A stretch of 60,406 nucleotides of DNA, counting the filler. It is 6 parts of 6 records of this genome, joined end to end, with 100 filler letters (N's around TTAATTAATTAA, not from the genome) between each part and the next. Parts side by side here need not be neighbours in the genome. Positions count along the whole stretch, not along the records: positions 50,230 to 60,406 come from DRR723986_14333; 5 more parts are not named here. One strand, 5' to 3'. Shown here in pieces: positions 50,558 to 60,406 of this stretch. A program made the translations under genes and the position numbers. The notes below the pieces were generated by a model that searched no databases, had not been told where the DNA came from, and saw only the letters and a program-made list of their open reading frames with translations. Position 1 is the first letter of the stretch; each line of letters opens with the position of its first letter.

Positions 50558-51292
50558 CTAGGCAGGCAGGGCAAACCCCGCCTCGCGCATCAGCGCGTTC
50601 GAGCGGGTTTCGATACTGTTTTCCAGCTGCTGCATAAACGCCTCGCGCCCCAGGCCCGGGGCGATGGGCGGCAAAAATTCCACCACTGCCAAACCCGGCT
50701 TGCGGTAAATGCCCGTGCGCGGCCAAAACACCCCCACATTGGTGGCGGCTGGCACGCAGGGCTGGCCCATTTGTTCGTATAAAACCCCGGTGCCAACCTT
50801 ATAGGGCGCCCGCACCCCCGGTGCCACGCGTGTGCCTTGGGAATAGATAATCAGCTGGCCTGCATCAGCGCGGCCCTTTTTCACATCTTCGCTCATCTTG
50901 CGAATGGCCGCGCCCCGCTTGCCCCGGTCTACCGCCACGCAGCCCAGGCGCACGGCATAAAGCCCGATGATCGGTGTCCATAGAATTTCACGTTTCATGA
51001 TGAATTTGCCCGATGGCACGGCATTAAAGATAATCAGAATATCCAAAAAGCTTTGATGCTTGGCCGCCAGCAACACCTCGCCCGTGGGCACTGGGCCGCG
51101 CACCTCGCTATGCAGGCCCACCATCCAGCGCGCGGTCCACAGCACCCAGCGGCAATAGGCCTTGCACCCCGCCCGCGCACCATTTCGCGACGCCAGCGCA
51201 TAGGGCAGATAAACCAGGCCAATCACCAGCATCATCAGATACATTTGCCCCACAAACACCAATGACTTTATCCAACGCCATGCATAGGCCAT
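50558..51292 (-). CDS. plsC: 1-acyl-sn-glycerol-3-phosphate acyltransferase family
   Basis: KHQSFLD, SQGTR. Confidence 0.85.
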   Translation of the reverse strand: MAYAWRWIKSLVFVGQMYLMMLVIGLVYLPYALASRNGARAGCKAYCRWVLWTARWMVGLHSEVRGPVPTGEVLLAAKHQSFLDILIIFNAVPSGKFIMKREILWTPIIGLYAVRLGCVAVDRGKRGAAIRKMSEDVKKGRADAGQLIIYSQGTRVAPGVRAPYKVGTGVLYEQMGQPCVPAATNVGVFWPRTGIYRKPGLAVVEFLPPIAPGLGREAFMQQLENSIETRSNALMREAGFALPA

Positions 51293-51293
51293 G

Positions 51294-52202
51294 TTACGGC
51301 AGCTCCTTTAATGTTGTGCGCGCGGCAAATTGTGTGGCACCAAAGGCCACAGCGCCTGCCAGCGGCGGGATCACAAGCAGCCACAGCCAGCCCAGCCCCT
51401 GAAACCCAAGCCCGGTGAGAAAGCCGCCCTCGTCTTGGGCAGCGGGCAGCAGGGCAACAGCCAAACCGCCCAAGACACTGCCCACAAACGCGCCCGAAAT
51501 GGCGCGCAGCGTAAAGCGGCGCACAAACGCCTGGGCGATATAGCCATCGCGCGCGCCCACAAGACGCAGCACAGCAATCACCTGCGCATTGGCCGCCAGT
51601 GCGGCATTGGCGGCCAGGGTGATCATGGCAGCCATAGTGCCAAAGATCAGCACAATCGCCACGCCCCCCAGCAGCCGCAGCCTGTTGGCGGCCTGCACCA
51701 ATGGTTTGCGCCAGCGGCTGTGATCGTCAAGCACCGCGCCGGGCACCTCGGCCGACAGGCGCAGGCGCAGGCCTTGGGCATCGAAACCGGCGCGTGTTTC
51801 CACAATTTCGATCAGCTGGGGGATGGGCAGCGCCTCGAGCGGCAGATCAGGGCCAAACCACGGCGCCAGCAGCGCGCGCTGCTCGTCTGGGCCCAGGGCG
51901 CGGGCGGTGGCCACGCCCGGGGTTTGGCTAAGCACCCGCAGGGCCGCCGCTGTTTGTGCGGCGATCTGATCGGTTGGGGCGGAAATGCGCAGCGTGGCGG
52001 TGCGGGCCAATTCATCGCCCCAGCGCACGGCCATCCGGCCCGTGGCCAGCGCCAATGCCAGGGCAAAAACCGCCAGAAACGCCATGGCGGCGGCGCTAAA
52101 CAGGGTCAGCCGCGCGGTATAGCCTGTGGGCGGCACCATGCGGTCGGCCTGCGGATCGCCGGTGAAAAACCGTGTCAATTGGGCCAGATCGGGGCGCTTC
52201 AC
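51294..52202 (-). CDS. ftsX: Cell division permease FtsX
   Basis: GTG start overlapping the ftsE stop; LRLVGARDGYI; four TM. Confidence 0.85.
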   Translation of the reverse strand: MKRPDLAQLTRFFTGDPQADRMVPPTGYTARLTLFSAAAMAFLAVFALALALATGRMAVRWGDELARTATLRISAPTDQIAAQTAAALRVLSQTPGVATARALGPDEQRALLAPWFGPDLPLEALPIPQLIEIVETRAGFDAQGLRLRLSAEVPGAVLDDHSRWRKPLVQAANRLRLLGGVAIVLIFGTMAAMITLAANAALAANAQVIAVLRLVGARDGYIAQAFVRRFTLRAISGAFVGSVLGGLAVALLPAAQDEGGFLTGLGFQGLGWLWLLVIPPLAGAVAFGATQFAARTTLKELP

Positions 52203-52876
52203 AGATCTGCCCCCGCAAGATGCAGCCGCCGGTTCGAGATGCGCAACACCCGCGCCTGCACCTGGCCCTTGGCGGCGCGGATCAAATTCAGGTCGTGGGT
52301 GGCCACCATGATGGTTTTTCCCATGCGGTTCAGTTCCACCAACAATTGCAGCAAGCGCTGCGACATTTCCCAATCGATATTGCCTGTGGGCTCGTCGGCT
52401 AAAATCACCTCGGGCGACATGATGACCGCGCGCGCCAAAGCGGCGCGCTGGCGTTCCCCGCCCGATAATTGCGGCGGCAGGGCATCGGCCCGGGCCTTTA
52501 GCCCCACCCAGCCCAGCAATTCGCGCAAATTCACCTCTTGGTCCAGCGTATCGCGGCCCGATACCGTCAGCGGTAGGGCCACGTTTTCCGCCACGCTGAG
52601 ATGATCGAGAAATTGCACGTCTTGGTGCACCACCCCAATTTTGCGGCGCGCCAAGGCGATATCGTCGCGCCCCATCTGCCGCAGATCAGTGCCAAACAGC
52701 TGCACCTGCCCGGCGCTGGGCAGCAATGCACCATAGCAAAGCTTTAGGAACGTGGTTTTGCCAGCACCCGACGGTCCGGTCAGGAAATGAAACGACCCAG
52801 GCGCAAGACGCAGCGAGATATCGCTGAGCAATTCGCCACCGCCATAACTCATGGCTACATTTTCCAACTCGATCAC
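52199..52876 (-). CDS. ftsE: Cell division ATP-binding protein FtsE
   Basis: GPSGAGKT, LSGGERQR, LADEPTGN; AGGAGG RBS. Confidence 0.92.
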   Translation of the reverse strand: MIELENVAMSYGGGELLSDISLRLAPGSFHFLTGPSGAGKTTFLKLCYGALLPSAGQVQLFGTDLRQMGRDDIALARRKIGVVHQDVQFLDHLSVAENVALPLTVSGRDTLDQEVNLRELLGWVGLKARADALPPQLSGGERQRAALARAVIMSPEVILADEPTGNIDWEMSQRLLQLLVELNRMGKTIMVATHDLNLIRAAKGQVQARVLRISNRRLHLAGADL

Positions 52877-53037
52877 GCGACAGGCCTCCTGCTTGCGTTC
52901 TTGTGCCACGATGGCTGGCGGCGATGCAATCATCATAGATTGGGAATGGCGGGGTTGTTTACACTTTTCCCGCCGAAGACAAGCACATATAGTTCGGCTG
53001 TAACGGTGACGGATGTGTTCCTATGTCAGGGGGTCTG

Positions 53038-54081
53038 ATGAGACTGGTTTGCCCAAATTGCGGCGCACAATACGAGGTGCCAGAGGATGTGATCCCCGCC
53101 GCAGGGCGCGATGTGCAATGCTCGAATTGTGGGAATACTTGGTTTGTGGCGCATCCCAACAGCGCTGATACCACGGCAGTGGCCACCGAAGTTGCGCCAG
53201 AATGGGAAACCCCCACCCCCGCATCGCAGCCCGCAGCAGCCGATGACAGCGCCGCCTATGATGGCGATTTGGGCGAATGGGAAGAACCCGAAGACAGCGC
53301 CCTGCACCCCAACGCCCCAAGCGCGCCCAGCGCCCGGCGCCCGCTAGACTCAAACATCGCCGAATTGCTGCGCCAAGAGGCCGAGCGCGAGCAACGCCAG
53401 CGCGAAGCCGCCCGCAGCCCGTTGGAAAGCCAGCCAGATCTGGGGCTGCAACCGCCCGAGGAAACCCCCGAAATACGCCGCCAGCGCGAGGCAACCCAGC
53501 GTATGGCCCGCCTGCGCGGTGAAGACCCGCAAAAGCCCGCGCAAAGCAGTGCAGACACTGCAGAAGACGCGCAAGCCGCGGCCGGTGCGGTGCCGCCACG
53601 GCCCACCCATCCACGTGCGCGCGGCGCCAGCGCGCCCACGCCCCAGCGCAGCCAGCGCCCTGCCCCCGCGCCCAGCCCAGCCGCAGCCCCCGCGCCCCAA
53701 ACCGGTGACAGCACGGGCGAGATGGCCGCAACCCTGGCCTCGCGCAAGGCGCTGCTGCCAGATGTCGAGCAGATCAATTCCACCCTGCGCGCCAATTCCG
53801 AACGCCGCCCCGCATCTGCAGATGATTTTGAAACCCCGCAATCGGTGGGCGCCTATGATGGCCCACGCAGCAGCGGCTTTCGCCAAGGCCTGACATTTGC
53901 AGTGTTTGTGGCGCTGATCTTGGCCGCAATTTATATTTACGCACCGCTTTTGGGCGAACAGGTGGCCGCGCTGCAGGCGCCACTGGCGCAATATACCGCC
54001 TTGGTCGATCAGGCCCGCAACTGGCTGGATTTGCAGGTGCAGGCGGTGCAGGCCATGCTGGCCGCCAGCGGCGGCGCGTAA
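53038..54081 (+). CDS. Zinc-ribbon (MJ0042-like) domain membrane protein
   Basis: MRLVCPNCGAQY...VQCSNCGNTW; low-complexity linker; C-terminal TM. Confidence 0.85.
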   Translation: MRLVCPNCGAQYEVPEDVIPAAGRDVQCSNCGNTWFVAHPNSADTTAVATEVAPEWETPTPASQPAAADDSAAYDGDLGEWEEPEDSALHPNAPSAPSARRPLDSNIAELLRQEAEREQRQREAARSPLESQPDLGLQPPEETPEIRRQREATQRMARLRGEDPQKPAQSSADTAEDAQAAAGAVPPRPTHPRARGASAPTPQRSQRPAPAPSPAAAPAPQTGDSTGEMAATLASRKALLPDVEQINSTLRANSERRPASADDFETPQSVGAYDGPRSSGFRQGLTFAVFVALILAAIYIYAPLLGEQVAALQAPLAQYTALVDQARNWLDLQVQAVQAMLAASGGA

Positions 54082-54086
54082 CGGCG

Positions 54087-56660
54087 CTAGAATTTATCCA
54101 GCAAGCGCTGCAGATAGTCGCGTTCTGTATCGCTGCGCTCGGCCTCGCCGGTGCGGCGGCGGATTTCATCCAGCAAATCGCGGGCGCGGCGATACACATC
54201 TTCGCCCTTTAGCATTTCATCGCCCGTATCCAGCCGCTCGCCCTGGCGGCCCGGGTCGCGGCCCAGCGGGTCGCGCTGGCTGCCCATGGTGTCGCCGGCT
54301 TGCTGGTTGTCGCCGCCGGGCTGTTGCTGGCGTTCGCGCGCCATTGCCTCGCCCATATTGCGGATCCCTTCGCGCAGCGCCTCCATGGCATCAGATTGGC
54401 GATCGATCGCCCCGGGCAGATCATCTTGGCGCAGGGCGTTTTCGGCCTGGTCCATCGCCCGACCAGCCCGATCTAGCGCATCGCGCGCATCTTGGCCCGC
54501 CTGCCCCGACATATTGGGCAAGCGCCCGCGCTGGCGATCCAGCTCTTGGCGCAGGGCGCGCTGGCGATCGGCCAGCGACTGGCCCAGATCTGGGTTTTGG
54601 CCCTCGGCATCATCGCCTTGGCCTTGGCCGCCGGGTTGCTGGCCGCGCTGCTGGCCCTGCCCCTGTTGCTGGCCCTGATTTTGGCCCTGGTTTTGACCCT
54701 GTGGGGTGTTGCCGGGGTTGAATTGCTCTTGCAGGTCACGAAATGCCTGATCTGACAGGCCCTGCTGTTGGCGCAACGTATCGGCCAGCCCCTCCATCGC
54801 CTGTTCGCCCGGCGATTGCTGGCCTTGGCCCTGCCCCTGTTGCACCTGCATGTTTTCCAACATGCGTTGCAATTCCTCTAGGGCCTGCTGGGCCTCGGCC
54901 ATGCGGCCCTGCTGCATCAGCTCTTGGATGCGATCCATCATTTTTTGCAGATCGTCTTGCGACATGGTGATGGCGTCTTCGCTATCGAACTCGCCATTTT
55001 CGCGGGCCTGCTCGTTCTGGCGCTCGGCTTGGCGGGCCATCTGGCGCAGATAATCTTGGGTGGCATCACGCAATTCTTGCATCAGGCGCGCGATTTCTTG
55101 ATCAGAGGCGCCGTTTTTCATGGCCTGTTGAAGCTTGTCCTGGGCTTGGCGCATGCGTTCAAGCGCGCTGTCCAGATCGCCCTCTTCGATCTTTAGCGCC
55201 AGTTCCCACAATGCGGCGGCCAGCTCGTCTTGCTGCGCGGTGCCAAGACCCACCTTTAGGTTCCGTTCAAGCTGGCGGATGATGGTGCGCAGGCGCAGAT
55301 AATCTGTTTCGCGATCTAGCAGCTTTTCGCCCGGGCGGTGCGACAGCGTGCGCAGCATTTGTGCCACGCGGGGGCCATTTTCGCGGCTCCACAGCAGATC
55401 GCGGCGTTGATCGATCAGGGCCGCGGCCACCGGATCAAAAAACCGCCGGGCCGGCAGGGCAATGGCCAGGGGCTGCGCCTGCGCTTGTTGATCTGCCGCG
55501 TCTTGCACCGAGAGCGTGATCAACACCGGCAGATGCGCCCAAGGATGGGTTGAGAAATCTTCGATCAATGTCTCGGCAAAGCTGTCGCGCTTGCCTGTCA
55601 GCGGCATGGGCAGCGGCACCTCGATCAGCGGGCGCGGCTCGGGCGGGGTGGCCAGCCCATACCGGCGCGGCACGGCGGCCAGATCCAGCGTGATCTGCGC
55701 CACACCTTGGGTGACGCCGTAATCATCGCTGGCCAAAAAGGGCAGCCGCATTTGCCCATCAACCGAGGTTTCAACCTGCCCCTCGGTGCTGATCTGTGGC
55801 GGCTGATCTGCACGCAGCGCCACTTGCCAGCTGCGCCCACCGGCCCCGGAAATGGCCAAGGCGCCGGGCTGTGCCACGCTAAAGCGATGTTCTGCAGCCG
55901 AGGCGGGCGGCAGATCGCCGATGCGCCCGCTGACCGTTTCAGCCAGGGCCAGGGCGCCAACCTGCCCATAAAAGCGCAAAATCACCGCCGAGTTTTGGGG
56001 CACTTCCAGCCGATCGGCGGTTTGATCGGCCAAATAGAGCGTGGGCAGGCCGGTATAGGCGGGCGGCTCGATCCAGCCCTCCCAACTGGCGGCATTGGCC
56101 AGATCAGTGCCGCCACCGGGCAAGGCCTGGCCTACCGTGCCAAGCCGCCAGACCGAGCCGAACAGCACCCCCACCAATAACGCCAGCAAGGCCACATAGC
56201 GCAGGGCGAATGGGTCGTATTTTGCCACGCGCAAATCTGGCGCCACGGCACGCGCGCGGGCCGCCATTTCGGCCATGCGGCGCTGATGCGCCTGCCACAG
56301 GGCCTGCGCCGCCGGGTCGGCCTGGCCTGTGGCCTGGGTGTCGGCCAGGGCTTGCAAGGGGCGGTTTGGCATCTGCATATCCAAACGCGCCACCACATCG
56401 CCACGCCGCGGCAGGCGAAAACTGCGCAGCCCCCACCACAGGGCCGCAAAAAGGGCCAGCACCGCCAACACAGCGCTGCCCCAAACCAGCTCGACCGGGG
56501 CGGTGGTGTGGATATCCAGCATCGGCAGGGCAACGCTGGCGCACAGCACCGCCCAAAGCGGCCAAAAGGCCCGCGTCAGGCGTTCGGCCCATAGCCCCGC
56601 CCAGGTGGCCCAAATGGCCCGGCGCAGCTGTGGCGTGCTGATGGTTTCGCGTTGCGTCAT
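54087..56660 (-). CDS. TIGR02302/DUF4175-like membrane protein
   Basis: N-terminal TMs, WIEPPAYTG, DDYGV, Gln-rich coiled coils, RDPLGR, C-terminal DYLQRLL. Confidence 0.85.
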   Translation of the reverse strand: MTQRETISTPQLRRAIWATWAGLWAERLTRAFWPLWAVLCASVALPMLDIHTTAPVELVWGSAVLAVLALFAALWWGLRSFRLPRRGDVVARLDMQMPNRPLQALADTQATGQADPAAQALWQAHQRRMAEMAARARAVAPDLRVAKYDPFALRYVALLALLVGVLFGSVWRLGTVGQALPGGGTDLANAASWEGWIEPPAYTGLPTLYLADQTADRLEVPQNSAVILRFYGQVGALALAETVSGRIGDLPPASAAEHRFSVAQPGALAISGAGGRSWQVALRADQPPQISTEGQVETSVDGQMRLPFLASDDYGVTQGVAQITLDLAAVPRRYGLATPPEPRPLIEVPLPMPLTGKRDSFAETLIEDFSTHPWAHLPVLITLSVQDAADQQAQAQPLAIALPARRFFDPVAAALIDQRRDLLWSRENGPRVAQMLRTLSHRPGEKLLDRETDYLRLRTIIRQLERNLKVGLGTAQQDELAAALWELALKIEEGDLDSALERMRQAQDKLQQAMKNGASDQEIARLMQELRDATQDYLRQMARQAERQNEQARENGEFDSEDAITMSQDDLQKMMDRIQELMQQGRMAEAQQALEELQRMLENMQVQQGQGQGQQSPGEQAMEGLADTLRQQQGLSDQAFRDLQEQFNPGNTPQGQNQGQNQGQQQGQGQQRGQQPGGQGQGDDAEGQNPDLGQSLADRQRALRQELDRQRGRLPNMSGQAGQDARDALDRAGRAMDQAENALRQDDLPGAIDRQSDAMEALREGIRNMGEAMARERQQQPGGDNQQAGDTMGSQRDPLGRDPGRQGERLDTGDEMLKGEDVYRRARDLLDEIRRRTGEAERSDTERDYLQRLLDKF

Positions 56661-56694
56661 AGTGCCCTTTCAGGGCCACAGCGCGCCAACCGCG

Positions 56695-57960
56695 CTATAG
56701 CCATTCAGGAATGGTATCTCGGTTTATGATTTCGTCAAAGCTTGGTCGCGCCCGGATGACAGCGAATTGATCGCCATGCACCAAAACTTCGGGGATCAGG
56801 GGGCGCGTGTTATATTCGCTGGCCATCACCGCGCCATAGGCGCCGGCGCTGCGAAAGGCCACCAAATCGCCCGCATTCAGCGGTGCCATGGGGCGCTGAC
56901 GGGCGAAAGTATCGCCGCTTTCACAAACCGGGCCGACAATATCATAGGGCTGTTGGGCCACACCCACGGGCGGCTGCACCACGGGCACGATATCGTGATG
57001 GGCATCATACATGGCGGGGCGGATCAGGTCATTCATGGCGCCATCGATGATCAAGAAATCGCGCCCCTCGCCGGATTTTACGTAAATCACCTGGCTGACC
57101 ATAATGCCCGCATTGCCCACAATCAGGCGGCCCGGCTCGATCTCGATTTCGCAGCCCAGGTGGCCCAGCTCTTCGCGGATCATCGCGCCATAGTCCATGG
57201 GCAAGGGCGGGGCGCTGTTGCCCTGCTGATAGGGAATGCCCAAACCGCCCCCCAGATCGAGGCGGCGAATATCGTGGCCATCGGCGCGCAAGGCCTGTGT
57301 CAGCTCGGCCACTTTGCGATAGGCCAGGCGAAAGGGCTGCAGATCGGTCAGCTGGCTGCCGATATGCACATCTATCCCCACCACCTGCAGCCCCGGCAAG
57401 GCTGCGGCATGGGCATAAACCTGCCGCGCGCGGCCAATTGGGATGCCAAATTTATTCTCGCTTTTGCCGGTGGCAATTTTGGCATGGGTTTTGGCATCGA
57501 CATCGGGGTTGACGCGCACGGTGATGGGCGCCACCACGCCCAAGGACAGCGCCACCTCGTTTAGCACATCCATCTCGGGCTCGGATTCGACGTTGAACTG
57601 GCGAATGCCACCTTGCAAGGCTGCGCGCATTTCATCGCGGGTTTTGCCCACGCCGGAAAACACAATGCGCGCGCCCGGCACGCCGGCGGCACGGGCGCGG
57701 GCATATTCCCCCCCCGAGACCACATCCATACCAGCGCCAAGCCCCGCCAAGGTTTTCAAAATGGCTTGGTTGCTGGCCGCTTTCATGGCGTAGCATACCA
57801 GATGGTCCATGCCCTGCAGCGCCTCGTCAAAGAGGTGAAAATGGCGCGTCAGCGTGGCGGTGGAATAGCAATAAAACGGTGTGCCAACCGCAGCCGCAAT
57901 TTCACTTAGCGGCACGTCTTCGGCGTGCAGCACCCCATCGCGGTAAAGGAAATGATCCAT
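56695..57960 (-). CDS. lysA: Diaminopimelate decarboxylase
   Basis: YAMKA, HIGSQ, EPGR, GPVCESGD. Confidence 0.96.
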   Translation of the reverse strand: MDHFLYRDGVLHAEDVPLSEIAAAVGTPFYCYSTATLTRHFHLFDEALQGMDHLVCYAMKAASNQAILKTLAGLGAGMDVVSGGEYARARAAGVPGARIVFSGVGKTRDEMRAALQGGIRQFNVESEPEMDVLNEVALSLGVVAPITVRVNPDVDAKTHAKIATGKSENKFGIPIGRARQVYAHAAALPGLQVVGIDVHIGSQLTDLQPFRLAYRKVAELTQALRADGHDIRRLDLGGGLGIPYQQGNSAPPLPMDYGAMIREELGHLGCEIEIEPGRLIVGNAGIMVSQVIYVKSGEGRDFLIIDGAMNDLIRPAMYDAHHDIVPVVQPPVGVAQQPYDIVGPVCESGDTFARQRPMAPLNAGDLVAFRSAGAYGAVMASEYNTRPLIPEVLVHGDQFAVIRARPSFDEIINRDTIPEWL

Positions 57961-58035
57961 GGCGTCGTCCTGTTTTGCTTTGTCGCTACATAGGGCCTTG
58001 GGCGGGGCGCGAAAACCCGAAAAAATCGGTGCGCC

Positions 58036-58596
58036 TCAGGGGCGACAGGTGATCACGCCCGCCTCGGTGACGATCATATCCAGCGGCTGATCGGTGGGCT
58101 CTAGCGGCAGGTGGGCGGCCTCTTGGGCGGCAAAGGCAAACCCGATGGCCAAAGTGCCCCGCGCGGCACGCAATTGTTCAAGGCTGCGGTCATAAAACCC
58201 GCCCCCATAGCCCAGCCGCCCGCCTGCCGCGCTGAAAGCCACCAAAGGCACGATCACGATTTCGGGCACGATCCAATCATCAACCGCCGGCACCTGCGCA
58301 CCAAAAGGGCCCTCGCGCAGGGGGCAACCGGGCTGCCAGCGCGAAAACCGCAAGGGCAGGCCTGCCCCCATGATCACAGGCACCGCCACCGGGCCATGGG
58401 CTGCCGCCTCGGCCATGGCGGGCAGCGGATCAATTTCTGTGCGGATGGGCATGTAGCCTGCCAGGGGCACAGCGCGATAGCCCGCCAAGACAGCGCTTAA
58501 ATTGGCAGATTGCGCAGCCGTCGCACGGGCATGGGCGGCTTTGCGCCGGGCAAAGGCTGCTTTGCGCGCGGCGGCTTTTTCATCATCCAAACTCAT
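58036..58596 (-). CDS. 5-formyltetrahydrofolate cyclo-ligase
   Basis: VPLVAF...GGRLGYGGGFYDR; ATG overlapping the mgtE stop. Confidence 0.92.
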   Translation of the reverse strand: MSLDDEKAAARKAAFARRKAAHARATAAQSANLSAVLAGYRAVPLAGYMPIRTEIDPLPAMAEAAAHGPVAVPVIMGAGLPLRFSRWQPGCPLREGPFGAQVPAVDDWIVPEIVIVPLVAFSAAGGRLGYGGGFYDRSLEQLRAARGTLAIGFAFAAQEAAHLPLEPTDQPLDMIVTEAGVITCRP

Positions 58597-59996
58597 AGCA
58601 GCACCGCCGAGGCCAGGCCCAAAAAGGCAAAAAAACCAACAACATCTGTCACTGTTGTCACGAATGGCCCCGAGGCCAGCGCCGGATCTATTTTCACCCG
58701 GTCCAGCGCCATGGGGATCACAATACCGCCCAAAGCCGCAGAGATTTGGGTGCAGATCATGGCCAGCCCGATGACGGCCGATAGCATGGGCACGCCAAAC
58801 CACACCCCCGCTACCAGCGCCATGATCAAGCCAAAAAGCAGGCCGTTTATGGCGCCCACCGCCACTTCGCGCCAGACCACGCGCAGGGCGTTTTGCGCGG
58901 TCAGGTCGCGGGTGGCAATGGCGCGCACGGCCACGGTCATGGTTTGGGTGCCAGCATTGCCCCCCATCGAGGCCACAATGGGCATCAGCACCGCCAAGGC
59001 CACCATTTGATCGATCGAGGTTGCGAAAAGCTCAATAACGAACGAGGCCAGAATGGCGGTGAGAAGGTTCACAAAAAGCCAAGTGGCCCGGCCCTTTGCC
59101 GCCTCGATGATGGTATCAGAAAGCGAGCTTTCCTCGCTGACGCCCGCCATGCGCAAAATGTCTTCTTCGTGCTCTTCATCCAGCACCGCCATGGCATCAT
59201 CGATGGTGATCTGCCCCACCAACCGCCCGTCATCATCGACAACGGGCGCCGAAATCAGGTGATACTGGTTAAAGGCATAGGCCACATCACCCTCGTATTG
59301 ATCAACGGGAATCACCTTGAAAATATCTTCGGTGATCTCTTGCAGGCGCACATCGCGGCGCGAGCGCATGATTTTGCCCAAGGTCACATTGCCCACGGGG
59401 TGCATGCGCGGATCGACCAGCACGACGTGGTAAAACTGGTCTGGCAGGTCTTCGTGGCTGCGCAAAAAATCGATCGCATCGCCCACGGTCCAATGTTCGG
59501 GGGCGGCAACCACCTCGCGTTGCATCAGGCGGCCTGCGGAATATTCCGGATAGGTCAGCGCCTGTTCAACGGCCACGCGGTCTGGCTCTTCCAGGGCGCC
59601 CAGAATCGCCTCTTGCTGGGGCTCATCGAGATCTTCCAGCAGGTCGACCACATCGTCGCTGTCCAGCTCGCGCACAGCATCGGCCAGCACATCGGGGCGC
59701 AAAAGGGCAATCACCTCTTCGCGCACGCCCTCTTCCAGTTCCGACAGGATATCGCCATCGAATTCGTGGCCATAAAGCTCGATCAGGCGGCGCCGGTCAT
59801 AGGTGTTGAGCTGTTCCAGCAAGTCGGCGATATCGGCTGCGTGCAGCGGCTCCATCAGGCCGGTCAGCGCCGCCTGATCGCCTGCATCGACCGCATAAAG
59901 AATGGCGGCAATGGTTTTGCGTTCCAGCATATAGGTGTCGGCCTCGCCCTCGACCGCGTCGATAGTCTCTTCGATCTGGTCGTTGGTGTCGCTCAT
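58593..59996 (-). CDS. mgtE: Magnesium transporter MgtE
   Basis: Acidic N-domain, CBS pair, MGGNAGTQ, DPALASGPFVTT. Confidence 0.95.
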   Translation of the reverse strand: MSDTNDQIEETIDAVEGEADTYMLERKTIAAILYAVDAGDQAALTGLMEPLHAADIADLLEQLNTYDRRRLIELYGHEFDGDILSELEEGVREEVIALLRPDVLADAVRELDSDDVVDLLEDLDEPQQEAILGALEEPDRVAVEQALTYPEYSAGRLMQREVVAAPEHWTVGDAIDFLRSHEDLPDQFYHVVLVDPRMHPVGNVTLGKIMRSRRDVRLQEITEDIFKVIPVDQYEGDVAYAFNQYHLISAPVVDDDGRLVGQITIDDAMAVLDEEHEEDILRMAGVSEESSLSDTIIEAAKGRATWLFVNLLTAILASFVIELFATSIDQMVALAVLMPIVASMGGNAGTQTMTVAVRAIATRDLTAQNALRVVWREVAVGAINGLLFGLIMALVAGVWFGVPMLSAVIGLAMICTQISAALGGIVIPMALDRVKIDPALASGPFVTTVTDVVGFFAFLGLASAVLL

Positions 59997-60121
59997 CACC
60001 GGCCCCCGTTTCTGCGCTGCCCCTTCATACCCGATCCGCCCCAGATGAAACAATGGCGCACGGCGATTTACCTTGCATTTGCGGCAGGGTAATCTGCCAC
60101 GGTTTGCAGCAAGGGCGTATC

Positions 60122-60406
60122 ATGAGCGAGACCACCATTTTACTGGGCCAAATGTTGGAATTTACGGCCAACCCGTTTGAGGCAGGCCCCGATGCGGCAC
60201 GCCATACGCGCCATGGTGCCATCGCGCTGCGGGGGGGCAAAATCATTGCCACCGGCCAGGCAGAGCAGCTGCGCATGGCCCACCCCGGGGCGCGCCTGAT
60301 CGATCATGGCAGCGCCTTGCTGTTGCCGGGGTTTGTGGATGCGCATGTGCATTACCCCCAAACCGCCATTATCGCCAGCTGGGGCAAACGCCTGATCGAC
60401 TGGCTG
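60122..60406 (+). CDS. guaD: Guanine deaminase (5' fragment, not in ORF track)
   Basis: MSETTILLG...LPGFVDAHVHYPQTAIIASWGKRLIDWL. Confidence 0.9.
   Translation, partial: MSETTILLGQMLEFTANPFEAGPDAARHTRHGAIALRGGKIIATGQAEQLRMAHPGARLIDHGSALLLPGFVDAHVHYPQTAIIASWGKRLIDWL

Noticed and set aside
54600-54850. Gln/Gly-rich short repeats (QGQNQGQ) as a tandem-repeat locus
   Set aside because: Low-complexity coding sequence within the TIGR02302-like protein.

Overview
The window is not one locus. It is six unrelated contigs joined by five identical 100-bp artificial linkers (44 N + TTAATTAATTAA + 44 N). (1) 1-8206, probably Gammaproteobacteria: a minus-strand integron cassette array with an attI-like site and two attC sites, but no integrase in view. 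Cassette 1 (~1.2 kb) encodes a 359-aa protein with an ADP-ribosyltransferase-like motif. Cassette 2 (~5.7 kb, unusually large) carries a tight three-gene operon: radical SAM enzyme, 127-aa protein and a 1365-aa Avs-like nuclease-STAND NTPase. This is the best candidate for an undescribed anti-phage system. (2) 8307-26963, Bacteroidota: MarR/beta-oxidation genes and a T9SS cargo locus (two adhesin+PorP/SprF pairs, a PorE-like protein, a beta-propeller cargo). (3) 27064-32183, Rhodobacteraceae-like: class II HMG-CoA reductase, histidine kinase, solo luxI, and a GANTC/DnaA-box-rich region before an rrn-like promoter. (4) 32284-43493, Alphaproteobacteria: fused glycine/sarcosine/dimethylglycine methyltransferase plus metK behind a structured leader, and a TRAP/sugar-acid dehydratase/RraA-like operon containing an unannotated 54-aa membrane peptide. 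(5) 43594-50129: hut histidine-utilisation cluster. (6) 50230-60406: Rhodobacteraceae housekeeping genes. All family assignments come from motif recognition by eye; no searches were run.
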